From Alphaproteobacteria bacterium (GTDB taxonomy: Bacteria; Pseudomonadota; Alphaproteobacteria; UBA6615): a stretch of DNA of 64,000 nt. Location of the stretch: the NCBI GenBank assembly GCA_965261975.1, contig CBDHEC010000057.1:128001-192000 (forward strand), read 5' to 3'. The notes beneath the pieces are model-generated. The model saw only the letters and a list, made by a program, of their open reading frames with translations. It ran no database searches and had not been told where the DNA came from. The position numbers and the translations under genes were made by a program. Positions 20,165 through 29,667 of the stretch are shown here, one piece after another; positions within the stretch are counted from its first letter, which is position 1; each line of letters opens with the position of its first letter.

Positions 20165-20282
20165 AGATTAAACCTAGTTCGAATAGAATTTGTCCTCAAA
20201 TTCAATTAGTTAAACTTCTAAATGAATTCATCTGAAATGTGATCTATCTCTATCGATCACCAACATCACAGGAGCAAAGTTC

Positions 20283-21035
20283 ATGGGCGCACTCGACAAC
20301 AAGGCCGCCATCGTCACCGGCGCGGGCGGCGGCATCGGCCGGGCCATGTCCACACGGTTTGCCAAAGAAGGCGCGGCTGTCGTCTGTGTCGATATCAATG
20401 AAGAGCGGGTCAACGCCACCGTTGAGGAGATCACACAGAGCGGCGGGCGGGGCATTGCCCTCGCGGCCGATGTTGCGATCGAGGCGAGCGCAGAGACTGC
20501 CGTGGCCGCAGCGGTCGATAATTTCGGTCGCCTCGACATACTCGTCAGCAACGCGATCTACGATCTCCCCCTCGCGCCGCTCACCGAGATTTCCTATGAC
20601 GACTGGCGGCGCACGATGGATGTCAATCTCAACAGCGCGTTTCTGTTCTCCAAACACGCCATTCCCGCGATCGAAACGAGCGGCGGAGGCTCGATCGTCC
20701 TGATCGCTTCCCAACTCGGCCGCACGGCCAAACCCGGCCGCCCCTGGTACTGCGCTCAGAAGGGTGCATTGATCAACATGGCCAAGGCGATGGCGCTTGA
20801 TCACGCCCATCAGAACATCCGGGTCAACAGCCTTTCGCCGGGGCCGGTCGAGACTGACCGGTTCGTCACGAACTTCGCCGACAGGAAAGCCGCCCAGGAC
20901 GCCAACGACACCATGTTCGATCGCCTCGGCAAACCCGAAGAGATCGCTGCCGGCGCGGTGTTCCTCGCCAGCGAGGAATCATCCTTCATGACCGGTTCCG
21001 ACCTCCTGATCGACGGCGGCTATACGGCCGTCTGA
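20283..21035 (+). CDS. Short-chain dehydrogenase/reductase
   Basis: TGAGGGIG, YCAQK, NSLSPG and DGGYT motifs. Confidence 0.9.
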   Translation: MGALDNKAAIVTGAGGGIGRAMSTRFAKEGAAVVCVDINEERVNATVEEITQSGGRGIALAADVAIEASAETAVAAAVDNFGRLDILVSNAIYDLPLAPLTEISYDDWRRTMDVNLNSAFLFSKHAIPAIETSGGGSIVLIASQLGRTAKPGRPWYCAQKGALINMAKAMALDHAHQNIRVNSLSPGPVETDRFVTNFADRKAAQDANDTMFDRLGKPEEIAAGAVFLASEESSFMTGSDLLIDGGYTAV

Positions 21036-21037
21036 CC

Positions 21038-21065
21038 TTGATTTAGTTACATATGTAACTATTAT
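21038..21065 (+). promoter_or_regulatory. hmgA promoter with an 18-bp palindromic operator
   Basis: TTGATT (21038) and TATTAT (21060) flank the perfect palindrome TAGTTACATATGTAACTA (21044-21061). Confidence 0.7.
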
Positions 21066-21091
21066 CCGGTCAACACAGGAGAAACGGCACC

Positions 21092-22408
21092 ATGGACGGC
21101 AGCACGACCACGACCGGCGCGGGTTACCAAAGCGGATTCGGGAACTATTTTTCCAGCGAGGCCCTGCCCGGCGCACTTCCCAAGGGGCAGAACTCGCCCC
21201 AGAAGGCCCCCTACGGTCTCTATGCGGAAGGCGTGAGCGGCACGGCGTTCACCGTGCCGCGCGTGGAATCTCGTCAGACCTGGTGTTATCGCATCCGACC
21301 GACGGTGAAGGCCCCCGCCTATGCACGCCTCGACCAAGACGGATGGCAAACACCGGGGGCCGACACCCTCCCCGCATCGCCCAACCAGATGCGGTGGGAC
21401 CCGCTACCCATCCCGGATGCGCCCACGGACCTGGTCGCGGGTATGCAAACATATGCGATGTCGGGAGATGCACATCATCAAACGGGCATCGGCATTCATC
21501 TCTATGCCGCGAACCAATCGATGATCGATCGGTTCCTGCACAACGCCGACGGCGAGATGCTGTTCGTGCCGCAACAGGGCCGCCTGGTCCTGCACACCGA
21601 ACTCGGCCGTATCGATGCCGCACCCGGCGAGATCGCGGTCGTCCCGCGCGGCATCAAGTTTCGTGCCGAACTGCCCGACGGGGCATCGCGCGGCTATGTC
21701 TGTGAAAATTACGGCGTGGCCATGCGGCTGCCGGAACTGGGGCCGATCGGCACCAACGGTCTGGCCAACCCACGCGACTTTCTGACCCCGAACGCGGCCT
21801 TCGAGGACCGCACGGGGTCCTTTGAGCTGGTCTTCAAGTTCGACGGCGGCCTGTGGTCGACCGAGATCGAACGCTCGCCCCTCGACGTGGTCGCCTGGCA
21901 CGGCACCCATGTGCCTTACAAATACGACCTCGCAAATTTCATGGCGATCGGCACCGTCAGCGTCGATCACCCCGACCCATCGATCTTTACTGTCCTGACA
22001 TCACCCTCGCCCGACCCCGGCGTCGCGAACGTCGATTTCGTAATCTTCCCGCCGCGCTGGATGGTGGCCGAACACACGTTCCGTCCGCCCTGGTTCCACC
22101 GCAACGTCATGAACGAGTTCATGGGGCTGGTGGAAGGCGCCTACGATGCCAAGGCCGATGGCTTTACTCCGGGCGGAGCGAGCCTGCACAACTGCATGGC
22201 AGGCCATGGTCCCGACGCCGCGACTTACGAGGCCGCCAGCAACGCCGAACTCGCGCCTGAGAAGCTCGACGGCACCCTCGCCTTCATGCTGGAGACACGC
22301 TACGTGCTGCGGCCCACGGCGTTCGCCGCCGGAACGCCGCTCCTGCAGCCCGACTATCTGGACTGCTGGGCCGGGCTCGAAGACCGGTTCGACCCGTCCC
22401 GGTGGTAG
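21092..22408 (+). CDS. hmgA: Homogentisate 1,2-dioxygenase
   Basis: [43 protein letters not shown] and SLHN motifs. Confidence 0.96.
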   Translation: MDGSTTTTGAGYQSGFGNYFSSEALPGALPKGQNSPQKAPYGLYAEGVSGTAFTVPRVESRQTWCYRIRPTVKAPAYARLDQDGWQTPGADTLPASPNQMRWDPLPIPDAPTDLVAGMQTYAMSGDAHHQTGIGIHLYAANQSMIDRFLHNADGEMLFVPQQGRLVLHTELGRIDAAPGEIAVVPRGIKFRAELPDGASRGYVCENYGVAMRLPELGPIGTNGLANPRDFLTPNAAFEDRTGSFELVFKFDGGLWSTEIERSPLDVVAWHGTHVPYKYDLANFMAIGTVSVDHPDPSIFTVLTSPSPDPGVANVDFVIFPPRWMVAEHTFRPPWFHRNVMNEFMGLVEGAYDAKADGFTPGGASLHNCMAGHGPDAATYEAASNAELAPEKLDGTLAFMLETRYVLRPTAFAAGTPLLQPDYLDCWAGLEDRFDPSRW

Positions 22409-22412
22409 CGGC

Positions 22413-24185
22413 CTACTTCTCCGGGATCACCGGCAGCAACACGTGGGACGGGTGGTCCGGCCCGGTGTGCAGCGTCACCTTCTTGCCGTAGACATCGAGC
22501 GGCCGGTTGGACGGCATCTCGTGCTTGAACGGCCCGACGCCATACTGGACCCGGCCCGCGATCATCGGATCACCAGGGGTCCAACCCGGATAGACATAGT
22601 CACGCCCGCGCACGCTGAGGCCCAGGCGATAGCCCTCCGGCAGCACGATCGACGTCGGCCAGATCTCGATATCGAGCTCGTAGATCTCGCCCGGTGTCAG
22701 CGGCTGGATCTCGTCATGACTGTGATAGGGCCGATAGGGTAGCGTCTGGTCGGGATCAAGCTTGCGGTGTGACGCCCGCAACCAGCCGAGCCCGACCGGG
22801 GTGTGGGGATCGTTGGCCCCCTTGTAGACGACCTCCTTCATGTCCGGCTTGAAGGCCCGCAGGACGAGGAACAGGTCGGCGTCTTCGGTCTCCGACGAAA
22901 TGAACAGCTTGGCCGCGACGGGCCCGGTGATTTCGGTCTCCTGTTCCATCGGTGGCGTGAGGAATGTCGCCCCGTCGCCCATCGCCTCGTAGGTCCAGCT
23001 CTGAGCCTCGGCCATCGGCGTTTCCGACAGGGTCTTGCCCGTCGGATCGAGGTACATCTCGGTCCAGTCTGTACGCGGGATCGGCCATTCCTCCTCGGCC
23101 CGCTCGACGAACACCTCGTCGGGATGGCGGATCAGCAACTGCACCTTCGGCTGCTCTCCCCAGCCCGTGTCCTCGCCCTTGAGGAAGTGGCCCAGGAACC
23201 GGCGCTGCAGATCGATGCCGTAATCGGTGTAGTAGTGGGTGAAATGCTCGAGCCCGTGCATTTCCAGCCATTTCTGATCGCTGGCCGAATTCACATAGCC
23301 TTCCGTGTTGCCCCGCGGGTGCAGGCCCACACCGCCCCAGTTCCCCGACGACAGCAGCGGCACATTGATCTTGGAGTAGTCCGGCATCCGGGCCTTCCAG
23401 TAATCGTCGACCAGGGGATGCGCGAGGATGTCGCGGCCGTAGTCGGTGCGGTTGTCTGCGAGTTCTTCTTCCGACAGGGTCTCCGGCCCCGAAATCCACT
23501 CGCCGTTCAGCCGGCTCTTCATGCCGTAGGCACCCTTGCCGTGCTGGCGCGGCACCACGGCGGAGTTGAACCAGATGGACGGGAAACGGCAAGCGATGCC
23601 GCCGTGATGTCCCATGTCGCGATAGAAGTCGGCCGCACCTTCCCAGACACACATCGCCGCCAGATGTTTGGGCTGGAGGGACGCCACCTGCCACTGGTTC
23701 ATCCCGTAATAGGAGATGCCCGAGGTGCCGACCTTGCCGTTCGACCAGGCCTGGGTCCCGGCCCAGTCGATGCAGGCCGCAAAATCCTGGGCCTCGCGCG
23801 CCGACCAGACGTCGAGAAACCCTTGTGAACGGCCTGCACCGCGCGAGTCCACGCGCATACAGATATAGCCGTCCGGCACCCATTTCTCCGGGTCCACCAG
23901 CTCCCAGTTCTGGTAGCGGTTCGAGGACCCGGAAAGACAGTCGGGGTAATCCTCGACCATCTGCTTCCACTGGTAGGGGTAGCCATCTTCCCAGGCGAGC
24001 CATTTGGCGTAGGGGCCGTAGCTGATGATCACCGGATACTGGCCATCGTCATCCGGGCGGTAGATATCCGCGCGCAGGACGATCCCGTCATCCATCTTCA
24101 GCGGCACATCCCAATCGATGCGCATCCCGTCATTGACCTTCGTCGTCATCTGGCTATCGCCGGGCGTCTGAATGGTTGTACTCAT
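22413..24185 (-). CDS. CocE/NonD-family hydrolase, copy 5 of 5 in transcription order
   Basis: DGIVLRADIYRP, WSNGKVGTSGISYY and GWLRASHR motifs; ATG 24185 with RBS. Confidence 0.9.
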   Translation of the reverse strand: MSTTIQTPGDSQMTTKVNDGMRIDWDVPLKMDDGIVLRADIYRPDDDGQYPVIISYGPYAKWLAWEDGYPYQWKQMVEDYPDCLSGSSNRYQNWELVDPEKWVPDGYICMRVDSRGAGRSQGFLDVWSAREAQDFAACIDWAGTQAWSNGKVGTSGISYYGMNQWQVASLQPKHLAAMCVWEGAADFYRDMGHHGGIACRFPSIWFNSAVVPRQHGKGAYGMKSRLNGEWISGPETLSEEELADNRTDYGRDILAHPLVDDYWKARMPDYSKINVPLLSSGNWGGVGLHPRGNTEGYVNSASDQKWLEMHGLEHFTHYYTDYGIDLQRRFLGHFLKGEDTGWGEQPKVQLLIRHPDEVFVERAEEEWPIPRTDWTEMYLDPTGKTLSETPMAEAQSWTYEAMGDGATFLTPPMEQETEITGPVAAKLFISSETEDADLFLVLRAFKPDMKEVVYKGANDPHTPVGLGWLRASHRKLDPDQTLPYRPYHSHDEIQPLTPGEIYELDIEIWPTSIVLPEGYRLGLSVRGRDYVYPGWTPGDPMIAGRVQYGVGPFKHEMPSNRPLDVYGKKVTLHTGPDHPSHVLLPVIPEK

Positions 24186-24205
24186 GGTCGTTCCCCCAAT
24201 TATCT

Positions 24206-25987
24206 CTATTTGCGTTTCGCCGGGCGGCGTTTCGGCGGGATCACCGGCAGCAACAGATGTGACGGATGGTTCGGCCCGCAATGGATCGTGACGTTGCCGC
24301 CATAGATACGCGCGTCTCGCCCATCATGGACGAAGGGCCCAACGCCGGTGAACTCGTTCTTCATGTTCGACAGCCGCCCGCCAGATCCACCGGGATAGAC
24401 ATAGTCGCGACCACGCACGGTCAGTCCCAGGCGGTAACCCGGCGGCACGACGATCGACGTCGGCCAAACTTCAACATCGAGCTCGTATATTTGGCCCGGC
24501 TTGAGCGGCTGGACCTCGTCATGGCTGTGATAGGGCTGATGTTTTCGTGATTTCCTCGGGTCGAGCTTCCGGTGTGAGGCCCGCAGCCAGCCTTGCGCGA
24601 TTGGCGTGTGTGGGTCGAGCGCACCCTTGAATGTGACCTCTTTCAAATCCGGCGCGAACAACCGCACGACAAGAAACAGATCGGCGTCCTTCGTCGCGGA
24701 TGACACGAACAGCTTGGCCGCCAGCGGACCGGTAATCTCCTGTGGCTTGTCGGAAGCCGGCGCGAGAAATGTCACGCCATCTCCCAAGCCGGGATAGGTG
24801 GTCGTGCGCTTGCGATCGAGCTTGCGGGCGGAGAGCGCCCCATTCGACGGATCGAGATAGGCCTTGGTCCACTTCGTGCGCTTGATGGGCCACTCACCCT
24901 CCGCGCGGGGCACGAAGACCTCATCGGGATGGCGCACGTTGAGAAGGACCTTCGGCTGCTTCTTCCAGCCGGTGTCCTGGCCCTTCAGGAAATGCCCGAA
25001 AAACCGCTTCTGCAGATCGAGGCCGTAGTCCGTGTAGAACTCGGTCCAATGCTCGCGGCCGTGCATCTCCAGCCATTTCTGTTTCGACGCGGCATGCACG
25101 AACCCGTCGATGTTGCCGCGCGGATGCAGCCCCTGCCCGCCCCAGTTGCCGGCCGACAGCACCGGCACATCGACCTTCGACCAGTCCGCCGATCGGCCGC
25201 GGTACCATTCATCGTCGAGCGTGCGGGTGCGCAGCTCATGCGGCAGGTCCGTTCGGTTCTTCTTGAGGGTGGCCCGAGTGAATGTTTCGGGCCCACATAC
25301 CAGGTCGCCATGCACGGCAGAGCGCGGCCCGTTCTTGCCCAGCCCGTACTGCACGGATTCGACCTGCTTGTCGTACCAGTTGGTCACGAAGGTCGACAGG
25401 ATGCCGCCGTGATAGTTGGAATCCCGGTAGTAATCCCCGGCCCCCTCCCACACGCACAGCGCGGTCAGGTGTTTCGGCTTGAGCGCCGCCACATGCCACT
25501 GGTTGATGGCGTAGTATGAAATGCCGTTGAGCCCGACCTTGCCGTTCGACCAGGGCTGCACCCCGGCCCAGTCGATGCAGGCCGCAAAGTCGCGGGTCTC
25601 GCGCGGGGAGCGCACATCGACGACGCCCGGAGAACGCCCCGAACCGCGGGAATCGACCCGAATGACCACGTAGCCATCCGGCACCCATTTCTCGGGGTCC
25701 ACGACCTCCCAATTGGCGTATTTGTTGGTCGTCCCCTGGGCCACCTCGGGAAAGGTCTCGACCATGATGTTCCAGGCGGTCTCGTATCCCTCCTGAAATG
25801 AGAGCCCCTTGGCGTAGGGCCCGTGGCTCATGATCACCGGGAAACGGCCACGCTTGTTCGGCCGAAAGATATCCGCCCGCAGGACGTTGCCGTCGTCCAT
25901 TTCGATCGGCACATCCCAGTCGATACGCATGCCGTCCCGCACCTGGGTTCGGAACTGCGGATCGCCGGGGTAGGGATTCTTCGCCAC
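24206..25987 (-). CDS. CocE/NonD-family hydrolase, copy 4
   Basis: Same motifs (GISYY, NWGG..LHPRG, EMHGREH); basic C-terminal tail. Confidence 0.9.
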   Translation of the reverse strand: MAKNPYPGDPQFRTQVRDGMRIDWDVPIEMDDGNVLRADIFRPNKRGRFPVIMSHGPYAKGLSFQEGYETAWNIMVETFPEVAQGTTNKYANWEVVDPEKWVPDGYVVIRVDSRGSGRSPGVVDVRSPRETRDFAACIDWAGVQPWSNGKVGLNGISYYAINQWHVAALKPKHLTALCVWEGAGDYYRDSNYHGGILSTFVTNWYDKQVESVQYGLGKNGPRSAVHGDLVCGPETFTRATLKKNRTDLPHELRTRTLDDEWYRGRSADWSKVDVPVLSAGNWGGQGLHPRGNIDGFVHAASKQKWLEMHGREHWTEFYTDYGLDLQKRFFGHFLKGQDTGWKKQPKVLLNVRHPDEVFVPRAEGEWPIKRTKWTKAYLDPSNGALSARKLDRKRTTTYPGLGDGVTFLAPASDKPQEITGPLAAKLFVSSATKDADLFLVVRLFAPDLKEVTFKGALDPHTPIAQGWLRASHRKLDPRKSRKHQPYHSHDEVQPLKPGQIYELDVEVWPTSIVVPPGYRLGLTVRGRDYVYPGGSGGRLSNMKNEFTGVGPFVHDGRDARIYGGNVTIHCGPNHPSHLLLPVIPPKRRPAKRK

Positions 25988-25995
25988 GTCCGCGC

Positions 25996-27765
25996 CTATT
26001 TGGCCGGGATAATCGGTAGCAACAGGTAGCCGGCGTGATCGCCACCCAGATGTACGGTCACATTATTGTCGAACACTTCGGGCGGACGGTCGGTCGGATC
26101 GTCATGCAGGAAAGGCCCGACCCCGGTGAACGTGTTCTTCATGTTCGACAGGCCGGCGTTCGGCTCGCCGGGATAGACATAGTCACAACCCCGGATCGAC
26201 AGCGCGAACCGATACCCTTTCGGCACCACGATGCCCGACCCGTGGATCTCGATGTCGAGCTCGTAGATCTCGCCCGGCGTGAGTTCCTGCACCTCGTCAT
26301 GGGTGTGATACGGCGCCCACTCCTTCGTGCGCTTTGGATCGAGCTTGCGATGTGACGCACGCAGCCAGCCCGAGGCGACCGGCGTGTGCGGATCGAGCGC
26401 ACCGCGGAACGTGACCTCCTTCATGTCCGGCTGGAACACCCGCAAGACCACAAACATGTCCGCATCCTTCGTGTCGGACGACACGTTGAGCTTCACGGCC
26501 ATGGGCCCACAAATCTCAGTCTCCTCGGCCACAGGGTTCGACAGGAAGGTAAGCCCGTCACCCATCGCACCATAGGTGATCGCGGCGTTCTCGCTGGCCG
26601 GGGCATCCGACAGGATCTGGCCCGCAGGCTCGAAATGGAACTTGGTCCAATCGGTGCGTGGCAACGGCCAGTCTTCCTCGGCGCGCGGCACGAAGACCTC
26701 GCCCGGATGGCGTACATTCAGCAGGACGCGCGGTTGGTCCTTCCAGCCGGAATCGTCACCTTTCAGGAAACAATCGAAGAAGCGCCACTGAAGGTCGTTG
26801 CCATAGTCGGTGTAGTAGAGCGACCAGTGTTCCAGGCCGTGCACCTCGAGCCACTTCTCCTTCGAACCCGAAAGCATGTAACCGTCGAAGTTGCCGCGCG
26901 GATGCAGCGGCGCGCCGCCCCAGTTGGCGCAGCTCAGGATCGGCACCTCGATCTTCGAATAGTCGACCTCGCGTTCCTCGAAAAACTCATCGTAGAGGGG
27001 ATGGGCGCGCATGGACTGATGCAGATCGAACCGGTTGGCGCCCAGTTCGTTGTCCGACAGTGTCTCCGGCCCGGCAGACCACTCGCCGTTCGCGCGCGAC
27101 CGGTAGCCGCGATCGCCATAGCCGTGCTGCAGCTGCATGATCTGCATGTCGTACCAGTTCTTGGCGAAGGTCGAGTAGATACCGCCGTGATAGCTGCCTT
27201 CGCGGTAATAGTCGGTCGAGCCTTCCCAGGGGCAGATCGCGGCCAGATGCGGTGGCTGCAGGGCTGCCACCTGCCACTGGTTGATCGCGTAGTAGGAGAT
27301 ACCGCTCAGGCCGACCTTGCCGTTCGACCAGGGCTGGACGCCGCCCCATTCGATGCAGTCGTAGAAGTCCTTGGTCTCGCGCCGGTTGAAATGCTCGAGA
27401 TAGCCTGGTGAACGGCCTGCACCCCGTGAATCCACCCGCACCAGCGCATAGCCGCGCGGCACCCATTTCTCCGGGTCGGCCACTTCCCAGGCCTGGTGAA
27501 TATTCGTCGAACCCCGGGGTACGTCGGGATGGTTCTCGCACATGAGATCCCAGCAGGTCTTATAGATTTCCTCGAAGTGGAGATCCTTGCCATAGGGACC
27601 GTGGGACATAATGACCGGGTACTGGCCGTCATCATCGGGCCGATACACATTCGCACGCAGCACGAGCCCGTCATCCATCTCGATGGGGACGTCCCAGTCG
27701 ACGCGCATGCCTTCACGGACCTCGCTCTTGAACAACGGATCGCCCTTGTACGTAACGTCGTCCAT
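25996..27765 (-). CDS. CocE/NonD-family hydrolase, copy 3
   Basis: Same motifs; near-duplicate of copy 2. Confidence 0.9.
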   Translation of the reverse strand: MDDVTYKGDPLFKSEVREGMRVDWDVPIEMDDGLVLRANVYRPDDDGQYPVIMSHGPYGKDLHFEEIYKTCWDLMCENHPDVPRGSTNIHQAWEVADPEKWVPRGYALVRVDSRGAGRSPGYLEHFNRRETKDFYDCIEWGGVQPWSNGKVGLSGISYYAINQWQVAALQPPHLAAICPWEGSTDYYREGSYHGGIYSTFAKNWYDMQIMQLQHGYGDRGYRSRANGEWSAGPETLSDNELGANRFDLHQSMRAHPLYDEFFEEREVDYSKIEVPILSCANWGGAPLHPRGNFDGYMLSGSKEKWLEVHGLEHWSLYYTDYGNDLQWRFFDCFLKGDDSGWKDQPRVLLNVRHPGEVFVPRAEEDWPLPRTDWTKFHFEPAGQILSDAPASENAAITYGAMGDGLTFLSNPVAEETEICGPMAVKLNVSSDTKDADMFVVLRVFQPDMKEVTFRGALDPHTPVASGWLRASHRKLDPKRTKEWAPYHTHDEVQELTPGEIYELDIEIHGSGIVVPKGYRFALSIRGCDYVYPGEPNAGLSNMKNTFTGVGPFLHDDPTDRPPEVFDNNVTVHLGGDHAGYLLLPIIPAK

Positions 27766-27776
27766 GGAAACCTCCC

Positions 27777-29546
27777 CTACTTCGCCGGAATGATCGGCAG
27801 CAGCACATAACCGGCATTGTCACCGCCCAGATGCACGGTGACGTTGTTGTCGAAGACCGCCGCCGGGCGGTTGTCCGGGTCGTCATGCAGGAACGGCCCC
27901 ACGCCGGTGAAGGTGTTCTTCATGTTCGACAAACCCGCATCCGTCTCCCCGGGGAAGACATAGTCGCACCCCTTGATCGACAGGGCGAACCGATATCCCT
28001 CCGGCACGACGATACCCGATGCGTGAATCTCCACGTCCACCTCATAGATCTCGCCCGGGTTGAGTTCCTGCACCTCGTCATTCGCATGAAACGGCGCCGC
28101 CTCGGTCGAGCGCGCAGGGTCGAGCTTACGATGAGACGCGCGCAGCCAGCCCGACGCGACGGGTGTGTGCGGATCAAGCGCACCGCGGAAGGTGACCTCC
28201 TTCATGTCCGACTGGAACACACGCAGGATGACGAACAGGTCCGCGTCCTTGGTATCCGAGGAAATATTGAGCTTCACGGCCATGGGGCCGCAGATCTCCA
28301 GGTCTTCCGCCATCGGATTCGACAGGAAGGTCAGGCCGTCACCCATCGCCGCATAGGTAATCTCGGCGGCCTCGCTGGCCGGGGACTCCGACAATATCTG
28401 GCCGGTCGACTCCAGGTGATACATGGTGTACTCGGTCCGCGGCAGCGGCCAGTCCTCCTCGGCGCGCAGCACGAATTTCTCGCCGGGATGGCGCACGTTG
28501 AGCGACACACGCGGCTGGTCCTTCCAGCCGGAATCATCGCCCTTCAGATAGCAGTCAAAGAAGCGCCACTGCAGATCGTTGCCGTAGTCCGTGTAGTAGA
28601 GGGACCAGTGTTCCAGCCCATGGACCTCGAGATACTTCTCTTTCGAGCCGGAATGCATGAAGCCATTGAAGTTGCCACGCGGATGCAGCGGCGCGCCGCC
28701 CCAGTTGGCGCAACTCAGCACCGGCACCTCGATCTTCGATAGATCAGGTGTCATCGCCGCGTAATAGTCGTCATCGAGGGGATGCGAAATATAGGACTGG
28801 TAGAGATCGTATCGGTTGGCCGCGCGCTCCTCGTCTGAATGGGTTTCCGGGCCCGCAGCAAGCTCGCCGTTGGCGCGTGACGCCCAGCCACGATCGCCAT
28901 AACCATGCTGAATCTTCAGAATTTGCATGTCGTACCAGTGCCGCGCGAAGGAATCGTAGATACCGTTCTGGTAGGCGAGCTCCCGATAAAAATCGTTGAA
29001 GCCTTCCCAGGGGCAAATCGCCGCCAGGTGCTTGGGCTGCAGGGCTGCGACCTGCCACTGGTTGACCGCATAATAGGAGATACCGCTCAGGCCGACCTTG
29101 CCGTTGGACCAGGGCTGGACACCGGCCCAATCGATGCAGATGGCGAAATCCTGCGTCTCGCGCGGGCTCCAATGTTCGAGATAACCCGGCGAACGCCCGG
29201 CGCCGCGGGAATCCACGCGGATAACCACATAGCCTTTCGGTACCCATTTCTCCGGATCGCAGACCTCCCAGCTCTGATGGATGTTCGTCGAACCCCGCGG
29301 CACGTCCGGGTGGTTCTCACACATCAGATCCCAGCAGGTCTTGTAGATCTCCTCGAAGTGGAGATCCTTGCCGTAGGGACCGTGGGACATGACGACCGGA
29401 TACTGGCCGTCGTCGTCGGGCCGATACACATTGGCGCGCAGCACAACGCCGTCGTCCATCTCGATGGGCACGTCCCAGTCGACGCGCATGCCCTCGCGAA
29501 CCTCGGTCTTGAAGATCGGATCGTCCGGATACCTGATATCGTCCAT
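27777..29546 (-). CDS. CocE/NonD-family hydrolase, copy 2
   Basis: Same motifs; start trimmed to MDDIRY after a GGGGAG RBS. Confidence 0.9.
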   Translation of the reverse strand: MDDIRYPDDPIFKTEVREGMRVDWDVPIEMDDGVVLRANVYRPDDDGQYPVVMSHGPYGKDLHFEEIYKTCWDLMCENHPDVPRGSTNIHQSWEVCDPEKWVPKGYVVIRVDSRGAGRSPGYLEHWSPRETQDFAICIDWAGVQPWSNGKVGLSGISYYAVNQWQVAALQPKHLAAICPWEGFNDFYRELAYQNGIYDSFARHWYDMQILKIQHGYGDRGWASRANGELAAGPETHSDEERAANRYDLYQSYISHPLDDDYYAAMTPDLSKIEVPVLSCANWGGAPLHPRGNFNGFMHSGSKEKYLEVHGLEHWSLYYTDYGNDLQWRFFDCYLKGDDSGWKDQPRVSLNVRHPGEKFVLRAEEDWPLPRTEYTMYHLESTGQILSESPASEAAEITYAAMGDGLTFLSNPMAEDLEICGPMAVKLNISSDTKDADLFVILRVFQSDMKEVTFRGALDPHTPVASGWLRASHRKLDPARSTEAAPFHANDEVQELNPGEIYEVDVEIHASGIVVPEGYRFALSIKGCDYVFPGETDAGLSNMKNTFTGVGPFLHDDPDNRPAAVFDNNVTVHLGGDNAGYVLLPIIPAK

Positions 29547-29625
29547 TGTCTTACTCCCCCATGCGGGGACCTTTCTGCGAGGCCCTCCACCAGCGTTTTC
29601 GTTGACACGCCCTTCGGAAACATTT

Positions 29626-29653
29626 CGGGCGGTCCGTATCTCCGGACCGCCCG
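29626..29653 (-). other. Intercistronic stem-loop between CocE copies 1 and 2
   Basis: CGGGCGGTCCG/CGGACCGCCCG 11-bp stem with a 6-nt loop. Confidence 0.55.
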
Positions 29654-29667
29654 CTCGCACTTGTGGC

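Noticed and set aside
19880-20200. Purine riboswitch upstream of nupC
   Set aside because: The conserved purine aptamer core is not visible; the region is kept only as an sRNA/leader candidate.
20233-20259. CRP/FNR-type site (AAATGTGATCTA...)
   Set aside because: Only one half-site matches, and the spacing to the GATCAC arm is wrong.
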